Shown: positions 27,236 to 36,834 of the stretch, one piece after another
Position numbering within the stretch: the stretch's first letter is position 1
How the letters are laid out: every line of letters starts with the position of its first letter
NCBI GenBank assembly: GCA_965228735.1
Contig: OZ245838.1
Coordinates: 3,200,001 to 3,264,000, forward strand
DNA length: 64,000 nucleotides
Source: Planctomycetota bacterium
GTDB lineage: Bacteria; Planctomycetota; UBA1135; UBA2386
Direction: 5' to 3'
Notes under the pieces: generated by a model
What the model was told of the DNA's origin: nothing
Databases searched by the model: none
Seen by the model: only the letters and a program-made list of their open reading frames with translations
Translations under genes and position numbers: made by a program

Positions 27236-30060
27236 CGCGCGACCTCACGCACGAGTTGCTGGAAGTCGGCGCGTTCGCGCAACGAGTCGAACTTCGGACT
27301 GCGAAGCAGGTGGATGACGCCGGTCGCGGACCCGCGGGTCAGACCCTGCAGCCAGAGGACGCAATTGCGGCGCAACTCCTCGACCCGTTCTGCCGACAGC
27401 GATTCGGTCTCCAAAGCGATCCGGGCCACGACCTCCGCGCAGACGCGGACGGACGTCACGTAACCCGGCCCGAACTCGATCGAGCGCTCGGCCGCGGCGA
27501 TCGCGCGCTCGGGATGCCCGAGCGCGGCCTCCGCCGCGGCGAGCTGCGAGTGATGGATCGCGAGGAACTGCCGAATGCGGGGATCGCCGGGCCGCCGGGC
27601 GTACGCCGCGCTCTGCAGCTCGATCGCCCGCGACGCGTGCGCGCGCGCTGCGTCGGGCTCCCCGAACGTGTTGTGCCAGCTCGCGAAGTTGCTGTGCGTG
27701 CCGCCGAGTTCCGTCAGGTGCGTCACGACGTCGGGCTCCGCCTCGTGCAGCGCCGTCTGCAGCGCGAGCGCGCGCTCGTACATCGGCCGCGCCAGAGCCG
27801 GGGCCATCGGCCGCCGCAGGAGATGGCAGTTCGCCAACTGCGCACAGGTCACGGCGAGCGCCATCGCATCGCGCGGCGCCGGTTCGTCGCTGCGGGCAAA
27901 CAGGTCTTCCCACAGAGCCCGCGCCCGCTCGAGCTCCGCGATCGCCTCGGGGTATCGTCGTTCGATCAGGTGCAGGCTGCCGATCCGAAAGAGGACCGCG
28001 GCCCGGGTACGCTGGTGGTTGGCGTCGCTCGGGAACTGCGCCGTCGCCGTCTCGATCGCGGCGCGGGCCCGATCGAACGCCGCGCGCGCCCCGGGGCGAT
28101 CGCCCTGCTTGACGGCCGCGATGCCGATGCCGAGCTGCTGCTGCGCGAGGAGATTCGGCTGCGCGGCGAGATCCGGCTGCGACCGTTCGAGTTGGCCGGC
28201 CGCGAGTCGCGCGCCGACTGCCTCGAACTCGTCCTGCGCTGCGGCCCATTGCCGGCGTTGCAGGTGCAACTTGCCCGTGACCACGTGCAGCTGACACCAG
28301 GCGAGCGCGACCGCCGGCAATGATTCGGACGTGACGCCTTCGAGCTCGCTGCGCGCGACGGCCAGTCGCTCGGTCGCGCGGTCGAGTCCCCCGAACGTGT
28401 CGAGCGCGAGGCGGGCTTCCAGAATCGCGAGCCGCGCGATCGCGAGCCGCGCGGCCTCCCCCCACCTGGCATCGGTGCGCAGCTCGCGCCAGATCGTGGC
28501 TGCGGCGCGGGCGTCCGCGAGAGCCCGCCGGTCGTACACCGAATCGTGAACGCGAGCTCGCGCGCTCAGCGTGCGCGCCGTCAGCGCGCGGGTCGCGGCC
28601 GCGGTGGCGTCGTTCTGCTCCAGCTCCGCGAGCGCGTCGAGGGCGGTCTGCAGCGGCGTGAGGGCGCGCTGCGGATCACCGAGTCGCGGATAGATCGCGG
28701 CGGCGTCGAGGATCGCCGTGACGAGCAGTCGGCGATGCGATGGTTCCAGGTGCGGGTCGGCGAGCCGCTCCTCACACAGCTGGACCGCCGCCTCGATCTG
28801 CTCGCCGTAACCCGGCTCGAGTTCGAGTTGCCGCGCCAGCCGTTCTTCGAGGACGTCGACCAACTGCGCGATCGCGTCGGCCGCCGTCGTCGCGGCAGCG
28901 CGCGTTCGTTCGCGCTGACCGGCGAGCTCTCGTTCGTGCCGTTGCTCGGCGATGCCCTGGATCACCGGAACGGCAATGGCGAGCCCGATCACGAGAGCCG
29001 CGACCAGCAGGAACATCGGGCGGCGGCGCACCCGCCGGCGCCAGGTATCGAGGTCCTGGGCGAGAGCCGCGGCGGACCGGTAGCGCTCCGAGGGGTCCTT
29101 TTCGAGACAGGTCGCGCAGATGCGCAGGAGCTCGCGCGGCACCTCGCCCCGCAGCTCAGCGACGGGCGCGGGGTCCTGCGCGACGATCTGTCCGAGCACG
29201 GCCGTCGTCGACGGGCCGTCGAACGGTCGCCGCCCGCTGAGCAGCTCGAAGAGCACGACGCCACACGAGAAGACGTCACTGGCCGGCGCCGCCGCGTCAC
29301 CGCGCGCCTGCTCGGGGCTCATGTAGTGGGGCGTGCCGACGAGACCGCGCCGTTCATGGCGCCGCGCCGCGCCGTCGGGCGCGCTCGCGAGCCCGAAGTC
29401 GAGCAGCCGCACGTCGCCATCGTCGGTGAGCAGGAGGTTGTGGGGCTTGACGTCGCGATGCACGACGCCCTCGCCGTGCGCGTAGTGCAAGGCTGCGGCG
29501 GCCGCCGCCACCGTGCGCGCGGCGAACTCGCAGCGCTCCCGTCGACCCGCGACCGGCAGGCCGTTCCGCAACAGCTCGTTCAACGGCGTGCCGTCGACGT
29601 GCTCCATCACGAAGTAGTGCACGCCGCGGCTCTCGGCGACCTCGAAGATGGGCACGATCCCCGGGTGACGCAGGTTCGCGGCTGCCGCGGCTTCGCGCCG
29701 AAAGCGTTCGATCTCGGCCGGCGTCCGGGTCAGCTCCGGGTGCAGCACCTTGATCGTGACGCGGCGATGCAACGAGGCCTGCGCGGCTTCGAATACGCGC
29801 CCCATGCCGCCTTCACCGAGCAGACGCAACAGCTCGTAATCCCCGAGGCGTTCGCCGGCCTCGATGCGCGCGTGCGCGGCCTGACTCTCGCCGACCGTCG
29901 TATCGCCCACCGGGTGCACCATCGGCTCGAGCAGCGGCCGCAGTTCGGCGTGGCGGGCGAGGAAGTCCTGCGGGGACAGGCCGGCGGGGTCCTCGCGCCA
30001 GGAGACGAACAGATCGACGGCGCGCTGCAGCTGCTCCAGCCGGCTCTCGGAGTTCGTCAT
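27232..30060 (-). CDS. Hanks-type Ser/Thr kinase + TM + TPR-like repeats
   Basis: GEGGMG, VTIK, HRDVKPHN, DFG, GTPHYMSPEQ, DVFSCG; TM MFLLVAALVIGLAIAVPVI; start trimmed to ATG 30060. Confidence 0.92.
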   Translation of the reverse strand: MTNSESRLEQLQRAVDLFVSWREDPAGLSPQDFLARHAELRPLLEPMVHPVGDTTVGESQAAHARIEAGERLGDYELLRLLGEGGMGRVFEAAQASLHRRVTIKVLHPELTRTPAEIERFRREAAAAANLRHPGIVPIFEVAESRGVHYFVMEHVDGTPLNELLRNGLPVAGRRERCEFAARTVAAAAAALHYAHGEGVVHRDVKPHNLLLTDDGDVRLLDFGLASAPDGAARRHERRGLVGTPHYMSPEQARGDAAAPASDVFSCGVVLFELLSGRRPFDGPSTTAVLGQIVAQDPAPVAELRGEVPRELLRICATCLEKDPSERYRSAAALAQDLDTWRRRVRRRPMFLLVAALVIGLAIAVPVIQGIAEQRHERELAGQRERTRAAATTAADAIAQLVDVLEERLARQLELEPGYGEQIEAAVQLCEERLADPHLEPSHRRLLVTAILDAAAIYPRLGDPQRALTPLQTALDALAELEQNDATAAATRALTARTLSARARVHDSVYDRRALADARAAATIWRELRTDARWGEAARLAIARLAILEARLALDTFGGLDRATERLAVARSELEGVTSESLPAVALAWCQLHVVTGKLHLQRRQWAAAQDEFEAVGARLAAGQLERSQPDLAAQPNLLAQQQLGIGIAAVKQGDRPGARAAFDRARAAIETATAQFPSDANHQRTRAAVLFRIGSLHLIERRYPEAIAELERARALWEDLFARSDEPAPRDAMALAVTCAQLANCHLLRRPMAPALARPMYERALALQTALHEAEPDVVTHLTELGGTHSNFASWHNTFGEPDAARAHASRAIELQSAAYARRPGDPRIRQFLAIHHSQLAAAEAALGHPERAIAAAERSIEFGPGYVTSVRVCAEVVARIALETESLSAERVEELRRNCVLWLQGLTRGSATGVIHLLRSPKFDSLRERADFQQLVREVAR

Positions 30061-30485
30061 CGCGGGGCAGTAGACGCCCCGGGTAGCCCCGTTGTTCGCC
30101 GATTCCACGCCATTCGAGAAATCACCGCCAAGGTGTCCGCTGGCCCGTCTCCCGGTCGCCGACTTCGCGGCCTGACGTTGTGAACTCGGCCGGACGAGGT
30201 CGCGAGTCATGCCGCCGGGGTCGCGGAGTTCGGAGGCCGCCGGGCGCGATGACTCGCCCCCGACGTGCGACGGCACCAAGGCATCGCGCCATGCCCGGGC
30301 ATTGACGGCAAACCGATAGTGACGCGCCTCATCGCCCGGCCCGAAATCACCCGGGACGCGACACCCGGGCTGGCAAGATCGCAGCAACGTGCGACGATAC
30401 GCGTCCTCCTCGTCGACCCGCTGCGGCCATCGTTGCCGGTCGGCGAACGTTCAGCCCCATGCCGGCCAACGTTGGCCACCATCCC

Positions 30486-31616
30486 ATGAAAGCAACCATT
30501 GCAGCGTCTCTTCTCGCTCTCTCGACTGCGGTAACCGCACAGTGCGTTCCAGTTCCGCAAGGCACCCTGGACCCCGCCGCGCCGTTCGACAACTGGTCGG
30601 CAGCGACGCCGATCGGCTTCGCGTTCCCGTTCCTGGGCACGCCCTTCACCGACTTCTACTACTCGGACCACGGTCTGATCGCGCTGACCAACGGCGGCAC
30701 GCCGGCGGCGCCTCCGGGCAACGCGCAGGTCTGGGACCCGGGTTCGGTCGGGCCGTTCAACTTCCAGGGCATGGGCTTCGCCGGCTTCGGCGCGAACGTC
30801 ATCATGCCGTACTGGGGTGACCACACGACCGGCGCCGACGGCATCTACATCGACAACACGAGCGGCACGCACTGCACGATCACCTGGTCGGAGAACGAGC
30901 CGTACAACGCCTTCTCGGCCGGCGCGTTCACGGTGCAGCTGACGCTGTACCCGGATGGCCGCTTCACGATCATCCAGGACAGCCGCTGCAACAACACGAG
31001 CTCGAGCTACGGCCCGGTCACGTCGGTCGTCGGCGTCTACGAGGACGGCAGCACGATCCCCGGCTCCTCCGACTTCAGCGCGGGCACGGTCGCCTCGACC
31101 GGCGGCACGTGCTTCGAAGAGTTCGTCGGGCCCGGCCCGGTGAACTCCAACACCCCGGATCCGAGCTACGACCTCGGCAACACGATCACCGAGTTCATCC
31201 CGGCGCCGCCAGGCTGGGTCGTCACCAACGGCACGCTGCCGTGCGCGTCGACCACGACGAGCGGCACGGCCTGCGGCGGTCTCGCGCACGCCGCCGTCAA
31301 CGAGCCTCAGCTCGGCGGGTCGTACGAAATGGAGACGACGAACGTGCCGGCCGGCTCCGCGATCGGCGCGACGCTGATCGGATTCGGCAACCCGATGCTG
31401 CCGCTCGGCGGCCTCGGCTTCCCGGGCTGCACACAGTACGCGGACAACACGGCCGTGATCCTCGAGATCAGCCCGGCCTCGTCGTTCATCGCGAGCATGA
31501 CGATTCCGTTCGACGCGACGTTCAACGGTCTCGTGATCTTCTCGCAGGGCATGGCCCTCACGCCGCCGGCATCGCTCGCCGCGGCGAACGGCGCGGCCGG
31601 CACGATCGGTCACTGA
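30486..31616 (+). CDS. secreted NIDO-like domain protein with shared C-terminal domain
   Basis: Signal ...TAVTA|Q; IGFAFPFLG..F..FY.SDHG, IMPYWGD, TITW, FTVQLTLYPDG; C domain GTAC...PQLG...LGFPGC...IP...G..IFSQ...AANG. Confidence 0.75.
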   Translation: MKATIAASLLALSTAVTAQCVPVPQGTLDPAAPFDNWSAATPIGFAFPFLGTPFTDFYYSDHGLIALTNGGTPAAPPGNAQVWDPGSVGPFNFQGMGFAGFGANVIMPYWGDHTTGADGIYIDNTSGTHCTITWSENEPYNAFSAGAFTVQLTLYPDGRFTIIQDSRCNNTSSSYGPVTSVVGVYEDGSTIPGSSDFSAGTVASTGGTCFEEFVGPGPVNSNTPDPSYDLGNTITEFIPAPPGWVVTNGTLPCASTTTSGTACGGLAHAAVNEPQLGGSYEMETTNVPAGSAIGATLIGFGNPMLPLGGLGFPGCTQYADNTAVILEISPASSFIASMTIPFDATFNGLVIFSQGMALTPPASLAAANGAAGTIGH

Positions 31617-32076
31617 TCGACGCCACGGGCGGGCTGCTGCGGCAGCCCGCGCCGGCCTCGCACAGCGCGGACCGCTGCGTTTCGGTAACGCCTTTTCCGT
31701 TACCCGGTTCGGGCGCCGCGGGCGGCCCCACCCGCGGGCCCGGCAGCCGGTCCCGGGACCCGTCCCGCGACCCCGCCGCGGCGCGACGAGGTTTTTCCTC
31801 AACACCGCGTGCGCTCGAGGCGTTGTCGATCCTGAACAAGATGGCCGCGGGCTCGCCGTTCGGCGCGCGCCACGGCCGACGGTTGCAGCTCCGTCGTGGC
31901 GATACTCGTTTTCGACGCAGGGACTGTCGCACGTGATCTGGTGATCACGGTCGCCTTGGAGTTGCGCACGCTTTTCCACTTCCAAGGGCGGTGGCGCGGA
32001 TGCGTCACCGCCCTTCGTTACGTACCGACCGCTGCCGCCCGACGGCTCATCGCCGTTGCGGTATCCTGGGCATCCT

Positions 32077-33210
32077 ATGCGCCCGGCCAGTCGACTCGTT
32101 CTCGGTTGCCTGTTCGCGATCCCGGCCACGGCGCAGGGCGAGGCCGACGCAGCGCTGCGCGACCTCCGGTCGGAGAACGTCGAGACCCGGTTGGCGGCGC
32201 TCCTGCGATTGCGGGAGGTCGAACCGACGCGCGCGGTGCAGGAGGCCGTCGTGGCCGCGATCCCCGACGACGATCCGGTCGTGCGGGCCCGCGCCATCGC
32301 CACGCTCGTGCATCTGCGGCCGGATCTGAAACCGGCGCAGAAGGCCCTGCGCCAGAGTGCCCCGTCGCCGCAGATCCAACTCGCGCTCGGGCGCAGAGGC
32401 CGGTGGATCCTGCCTGCCGTGGGCGACCCGCGGCGCGCCCAGGACCTCGGATCGGCGGACCCGCAGCTTCGGATTCGCGCGATCCAGGAAGTCTGTGCGA
32501 TGGGCGAAGCCGCTGCCACGTTCCGCGCGACCGTGCTGGCGCTGATCGACGACGAGAACGCGGACGTTCGGGCAGCCGTCGCGCGCAGCATGGCCAATCT
32601 CGCATGGGACGCCGAGGTGCGCCGCCGCGTTGCCGCCGCGCTCAAGGACCCGGCAGCGGCGGTGCGCGGCGCGGCCGCGGAAGGGCTGCGGATCAAGACG
32701 ATCGATCGAGAGAGCGTCAGCGCGCTCCGGGGCGCGATCCAGGACCCCGACGTCGACGTCCGCCGGCAGGTGCTGCAAAGTCTCGGCGAGAGCACGGACG
32801 GGGCGGCCGCCGCCGACATCGTCGCCTCGCTGCGGGACCGCGAAGCGAAGGTGCGCGTCGCCGCTCTCGACGCGTTGCGCACCACGAAGCTGCGCACCGA
32901 CCGCGCACCGCGCGAGATCATCCGCTGCCTCGCCGATCCCGATCGCAAGGTGCTGCTCGCGGCGCTGCGAGCGACGGGCGCCCTCGGACCCGACGGGGCC
33001 GCCGCCGCGGCACGGGTGCTGGAGCTGACCCGCCACGCCCGCGACGACGTCCGCGGCCGGGCGATCGAGGCGCTCTGGCCGATCACGGCCGAGTCCCGTC
33101 CGGGTTTCGGGCCGCTGCGCGCGGTCGAGATGACCGTCGAAGAGGGCAAGGAGTCGAAGGAGCGCGCCGCGGCCGTCATCCGTGCGTTCCTCTGGCCCGC
33201 GGACGGCTGA
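32077..33210 (+). CDS. HEAT-repeat protein with predicted signal peptide
   Basis: Repeated L.D.D..VR..A..AL units; N-terminus MRPASRLVLGCLFAIPATA|Q. Confidence 0.8.
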   Translation: MRPASRLVLGCLFAIPATAQGEADAALRDLRSENVETRLAALLRLREVEPTRAVQEAVVAAIPDDDPVVRARAIATLVHLRPDLKPAQKALRQSAPSPQIQLALGRRGRWILPAVGDPRRAQDLGSADPQLRIRAIQEVCAMGEAAATFRATVLALIDDENADVRAAVARSMANLAWDAEVRRRVAAALKDPAAAVRGAAAEGLRIKTIDRESVSALRGAIQDPDVDVRRQVLQSLGESTDGAAAADIVASLRDREAKVRVAALDALRTTKLRTDRAPREIIRCLADPDRKVLLAALRATGALGPDGAAAAARVLELTRHARDDVRGRAIEALWPITAESRPGFGPLRAVEMTVEEGKESKERAAAVIRAFLWPADG

Positions 33211-33271
33211 TCTCCTGTCCGGAATCGCCTGAATCCAGTCGGATCCGGTCCGACCGCGACACTGCCTCGCC

Positions 33272-35605
33272 ATGAAGTCACTCGCGCTCGGTCTGGTTCC
33301 CGGCTCGCTGCTCCTCGTGGCCGGTCTGTCCGCCCAAGGCCTCCCCGAATCGATCCAGTCCGACCTGCAGCCGGCCACGTCGGCCTTGCCGCGCGTGCCG
33401 ATCCACACGGCGGCTCCCGAGGGCGTCACGGCCTACGGCACCTGGGCTGCCGGCGACGCCTACAAGTGCTCGTTCCACGACGGCATGACGTTCGTGCCCT
33501 ACCTCGGCGACTACCCGCAGAACCAGCCGTGGTCGTGGCGGACGACTTCGGTCCGCGCCGGCGAGGTCGAGCTGCTCGCCGCGAACGAGGACGGCCCGCT
33601 GCCGGCCGCGCACTGGCACGACGAATGGCGCTACGAGTATCGCATGGGTGCGTTCACCGAAGCCTACGACGTGCTGCACGAGGGTCTGGAGCAGACGTTC
33701 GTCGTCACCCAGCTGCCGGCCGCCGGCGACCTCGTCGTGCGCGGCGCGGTGACGTCGGATCTCTCGACGCGGGACGCGGCCGCGGCGCAACAAGAACTGA
33801 CCTTCGCCGATCGCGACGGGCTCGCGATCCTGCGCTACGGCCAGGCGCTCGCGTTCGACGCGGCCGGCAACACGACGCCGGTGACGACAGCGTTCGCCGG
33901 CGGCGAGATCACGCTGACCGTCCCCGGCGCCTGGCTCGCGCACGCGACGCTGCCGGTGACGGTCGACCCGTTGCTGACCCCCGCGATCGTCGGCTCGGCG
34001 CTCGCGAAGATCACGGACATCGGGCACGACGACCGCGCCACGACGAAGAACGTGATGTACGCGATCACGATGCGGGTCTCCAACTTCGACGACGACGTGC
34101 GGGCCTACCTGTCCGACCACGACCACACGAACAGCAACTCGGTGTTCGCGGACATCACGTCGGGGTGGGACAGTGACGACGCCTCCTGCGCGTTCGTCGG
34201 TGGCACGGATCGCTGGGTCATCGCGCTGCGCCGCTACTTCCCGACGTGGGGCATCCGCCGCAGCCACCTGCGGGCGCACCTGCACGACAGCGCCGACCCC
34301 CAGTTCCTCACGAACGTGATCTACATGAGCACGCCGACCGGTCACAACGACTGGCGCCCGGACGTCGGCGGCGTCGAGGGCAACGCGAGCGGCAACAACG
34401 CGCTCGTCGTGTTCCAGCGCGAGGACAACGCGATCTCGCCGTACACCGGCAACTTCCGCGACACGGATACGAGCGCGACGTGGGCCGTGCTGCTCGAGAC
34501 CGCGTCCCCGAGCGGCTCGTTCGGCACGCCGACGCGTTACCTGAGCGGACCATCGCAGGACGCGGAACGGCCGTCGGTCCAGCCGATGGCCGAGGGTGGC
34601 TCGCAGTTCTTCTGGGTCGTCGGCGCGCAGCATTACGCCAGCTTCCTGCCGGACGACGACTGGGACGTGTTCGTCGCGCGCATCGACCAATCGGGCAACC
34701 TGCTGCCGGGCTACTGGAAGCCCGAGATGCACGCCGCCGACACGCACCACCAGCTCGGCGTGCAGCTCGACGGCCAGGACGGACGCTACCTCGCGTGCTA
34801 CTCCACCGTGCAACGGCCGACGACGCCCGCGAAGTACGGCAACGTGCGCGGGGAACGTCTCTGCGTCGAACGCTTCGACTGGAGTCAGAGTTCGTCGGCG
34901 ACGCCCGTGACCTACCCGATGGTCGAGATCGAGACCGCGAGCACGCCCGTGTTCGAACCGGGTGGGGTCGCGTTCGACAGCAACGATCGCTCGCACTTCG
35001 CCATCGGCTACCGCGACATGACAGCGACGCTGCGGGCGGTCAAGTACGCGCGCGTCGGCTACACCGGCAACGTCACCGAAGGCCCAGCGTTGCTCTTCGC
35101 AGCGGCCGGCATGACGCCGTCGAACGCGAGCTGCATCTACATCGGCGATCTTCGTCGCTTCGCGTTCTGCTACAGCGCGCCGCTCGCGACGCCGCGGATC
35201 TACGGCCGTTCGCTCGCGGACGCCCCGGCGCCGCCGGTCAGCGCGACCGGCTTCGGCTGCAGCCCGGCCACCATCAGCTGGAGCGGCCGCCGCCAGATCG
35301 GTTCGGAGTTCGAGACGATCCGCATCCAGGGCGCCGGCAACGGCGCGGGCAACTTCATGCTCGTGTCCCTCGCCAGCGCCGATCAGCTGATGATCTACCC
35401 GGGCGTCGCGAGCGGCTGCCGCCTGCTCGTCGACAACGGTCCGGCGTTCCTCGGAACGATGCCGTTCCGCGCCGGCAACAACGCGTCGTGGCGCTTCCCG
35501 CTGCCCGAATGGCTGCCGACCACGACGCTCTACTTCCAGGACTGGATCCTCAGCGGCCACTCGTTCGAGAGCTCGCGCCGGCTCGCGGTCACCGTCGTCA
35601 AGTAG
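33272..35605 (+). CDS. large secreted protein with shared C-terminal domain
   Basis: Signal ...AGLSA|Q; N domain with EAYDV..GLEQTF...LRYG...DAAG...PVTVDP; C domain GFGC...QIG...SGC...LP...LYFQ...SSRRLAVTVVK. Confidence 0.8.
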   Translation: MKSLALGLVPGSLLLVAGLSAQGLPESIQSDLQPATSALPRVPIHTAAPEGVTAYGTWAAGDAYKCSFHDGMTFVPYLGDYPQNQPWSWRTTSVRAGEVELLAANEDGPLPAAHWHDEWRYEYRMGAFTEAYDVLHEGLEQTFVVTQLPAAGDLVVRGAVTSDLSTRDAAAAQQELTFADRDGLAILRYGQALAFDAAGNTTPVTTAFAGGEITLTVPGAWLAHATLPVTVDPLLTPAIVGSALAKITDIGHDDRATTKNVMYAITMRVSNFDDDVRAYLSDHDHTNSNSVFADITSGWDSDDASCAFVGGTDRWVIALRRYFPTWGIRRSHLRAHLHDSADPQFLTNVIYMSTPTGHNDWRPDVGGVEGNASGNNALVVFQREDNAISPYTGNFRDTDTSATWAVLLETASPSGSFGTPTRYLSGPSQDAERPSVQPMAEGGSQFFWVVGAQHYASFLPDDDWDVFVARIDQSGNLLPGYWKPEMHAADTHHQLGVQLDGQDGRYLACYSTVQRPTTPAKYGNVRGERLCVERFDWSQSSSATPVTYPMVEIETASTPVFEPGGVAFDSNDRSHFAIGYRDMTATLRAVKYARVGYTGNVTEGPALLFAAAGMTPSNASCIYIGDLRRFAFCYSAPLATPRIYGRSLADAPAPPVSATGFGCSPATISWSGRRQIGSEFETIRIQGAGNGAGNFMLVSLASADQLMIYPGVASGCRLLVDNGPAFLGTMPFRAGNNASWRFPLPEWLPTTTLYFQDWILSGHSFESSRRLAVTVVK

Positions 35606-35677
35606 GGCGACGAGGCAGCGGGTTCGGTGAGGGATTTCGTGGTGGGGAACGGGCAGCCGATCCCGTTCCCTGCCGAC

Positions 35678-36700
35678 ATGAGACGAATGCTCGGATCCCC
35701 CGGCCGGACGGAGCGGCGGCTCGCCATCGCGCTGGTTGCCGGCCTCGCCGTCACGTTGCCGGCCGAACGCGGCCGCACGCAGGGGCCGCCGCGCCCCGGT
35801 GTCACGGCGGACTGGGGGCAGATCGAGCGCCGGATCGCCTGGCACGGTACGTGGGCGGGCGCGCTCGAGGCCGCCGCCGCGACGAAGCGCCCGATCCTGC
35901 TGGTCGCCGCCGCGCCGCACTGCGGACTCGTGCCGGGGATGTGGTGACCCGGCAAGCAGGAGATGGACAGGAGTTACCTGTCCGACCCCGCGGTCGTCGC
36001 CGTGTCGCGTGATTTCGTCTGCGTGAGGCTGCTGACCTACGAGAACGCAGCCGAAGCCGAGATGTTGCAGCAGGTGTTCCGCGGCCGCGACGGCCTCGAG
36101 AACTCCGTGTTCGCGCTGCTCGACCCCGAGGGCCGGCGGCCGCTCGCGCGCACGGGTCGCAGCCCGTCGTTCGCGTTCCGCGATGCCGCGGCGTTGGCCG
36201 TGAAGATGGGTGGAATCGCCGAGCGCTACCCGGGCCGCAGGAACGCGAACGAGCAGCTCGACCTGCCGCTGCTAGTCGACGTGCGCCGCGCGCTCAACGT
36301 CGCGGCCGCGGATCAGCAACAGCTGATCATCGTCTGCGGCCAGGGCAAGGCGCGCGATCAGCTCCAGTCCGAACTGAGCCGACTGGCGTGGTCCGACGAC
36401 CTCGTCGGCCGCTTTCTCTACGTCGCCGCGAGCGACCGGACCGACTGGGACACGATCCGGGGCAGCGCGGATCGCCCGGAGTCCGGGCTGCTGGTCGTGC
36501 AGGCCGGCGAGTTCGGCACGACGGGCCGCGTCGTCGCCACGTTCGCCGGGGTGCCGAGCCAGCAGGAACTGCTCGCGGTGCACGACGAGCGCGAGGCCAA
36601 GGCCATCGACACCCAGCAGCTGCGGCGCCGCGGCATCCGCCGGGGTCTGCGCTGGCAGACCGAGATTCCGGTCACGGACCGCGGCGGCCGGCGCCCCTGA
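35678..36700 (+). CDS. putative exported thioredoxin-fold selenoprotein (in-frame TGA 35945-35947 read as Sec90; 340 aa)
   Basis: Track ORFs 35627..35947 and 35963..36700 are in the same frame, separated only by the TGA and five sense codons; joined sequence IAWHGTWAGALEAAAATKRPILLV...C.......W-U-PGKQEMD...FVCVRL follows the thioredoxin-like WCxxC..M pattern. Confidence 0.75.
35948..35995 (+). promoter_or_regulatory. candidate bacterial SECIS element
   Basis: GGACAGG-AGTTA-CCTGTCC (35965-35983); loop starts 24 nt after the UGA with G at loop position 2. Confidence 0.65.
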
Positions 36701-36834
36701 GGCACCCGCCCATTCGCCCGTCCGGGCCGTGCCAGGGCCGCCCGAAGGCCGGAACGGGGTCCGGGCGAAATCCGCTAGGATTTCGTGTCGCCGCCGGTCG
36801 ACCCGCGACATGGGTCTGAGCCGCCGGCCCACCC

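Noticed and set aside
31617..32076. 460-bp gap as a hidden gene or ncRNA
   Set aside because: ORFs crossing it lack coding-like composition. I saw only short stems (e.g. GGTAACG/CGTTACC), compatible with a terminator plus promoter.
35945..35947. Genome-wide UGA reassignment as the explanation for the in-frame TGA
   Set aside because: Many genes end at TGA at natural domain ends, and the twin paralogs stop at the same position with TGA (3785) and TAG (4203).
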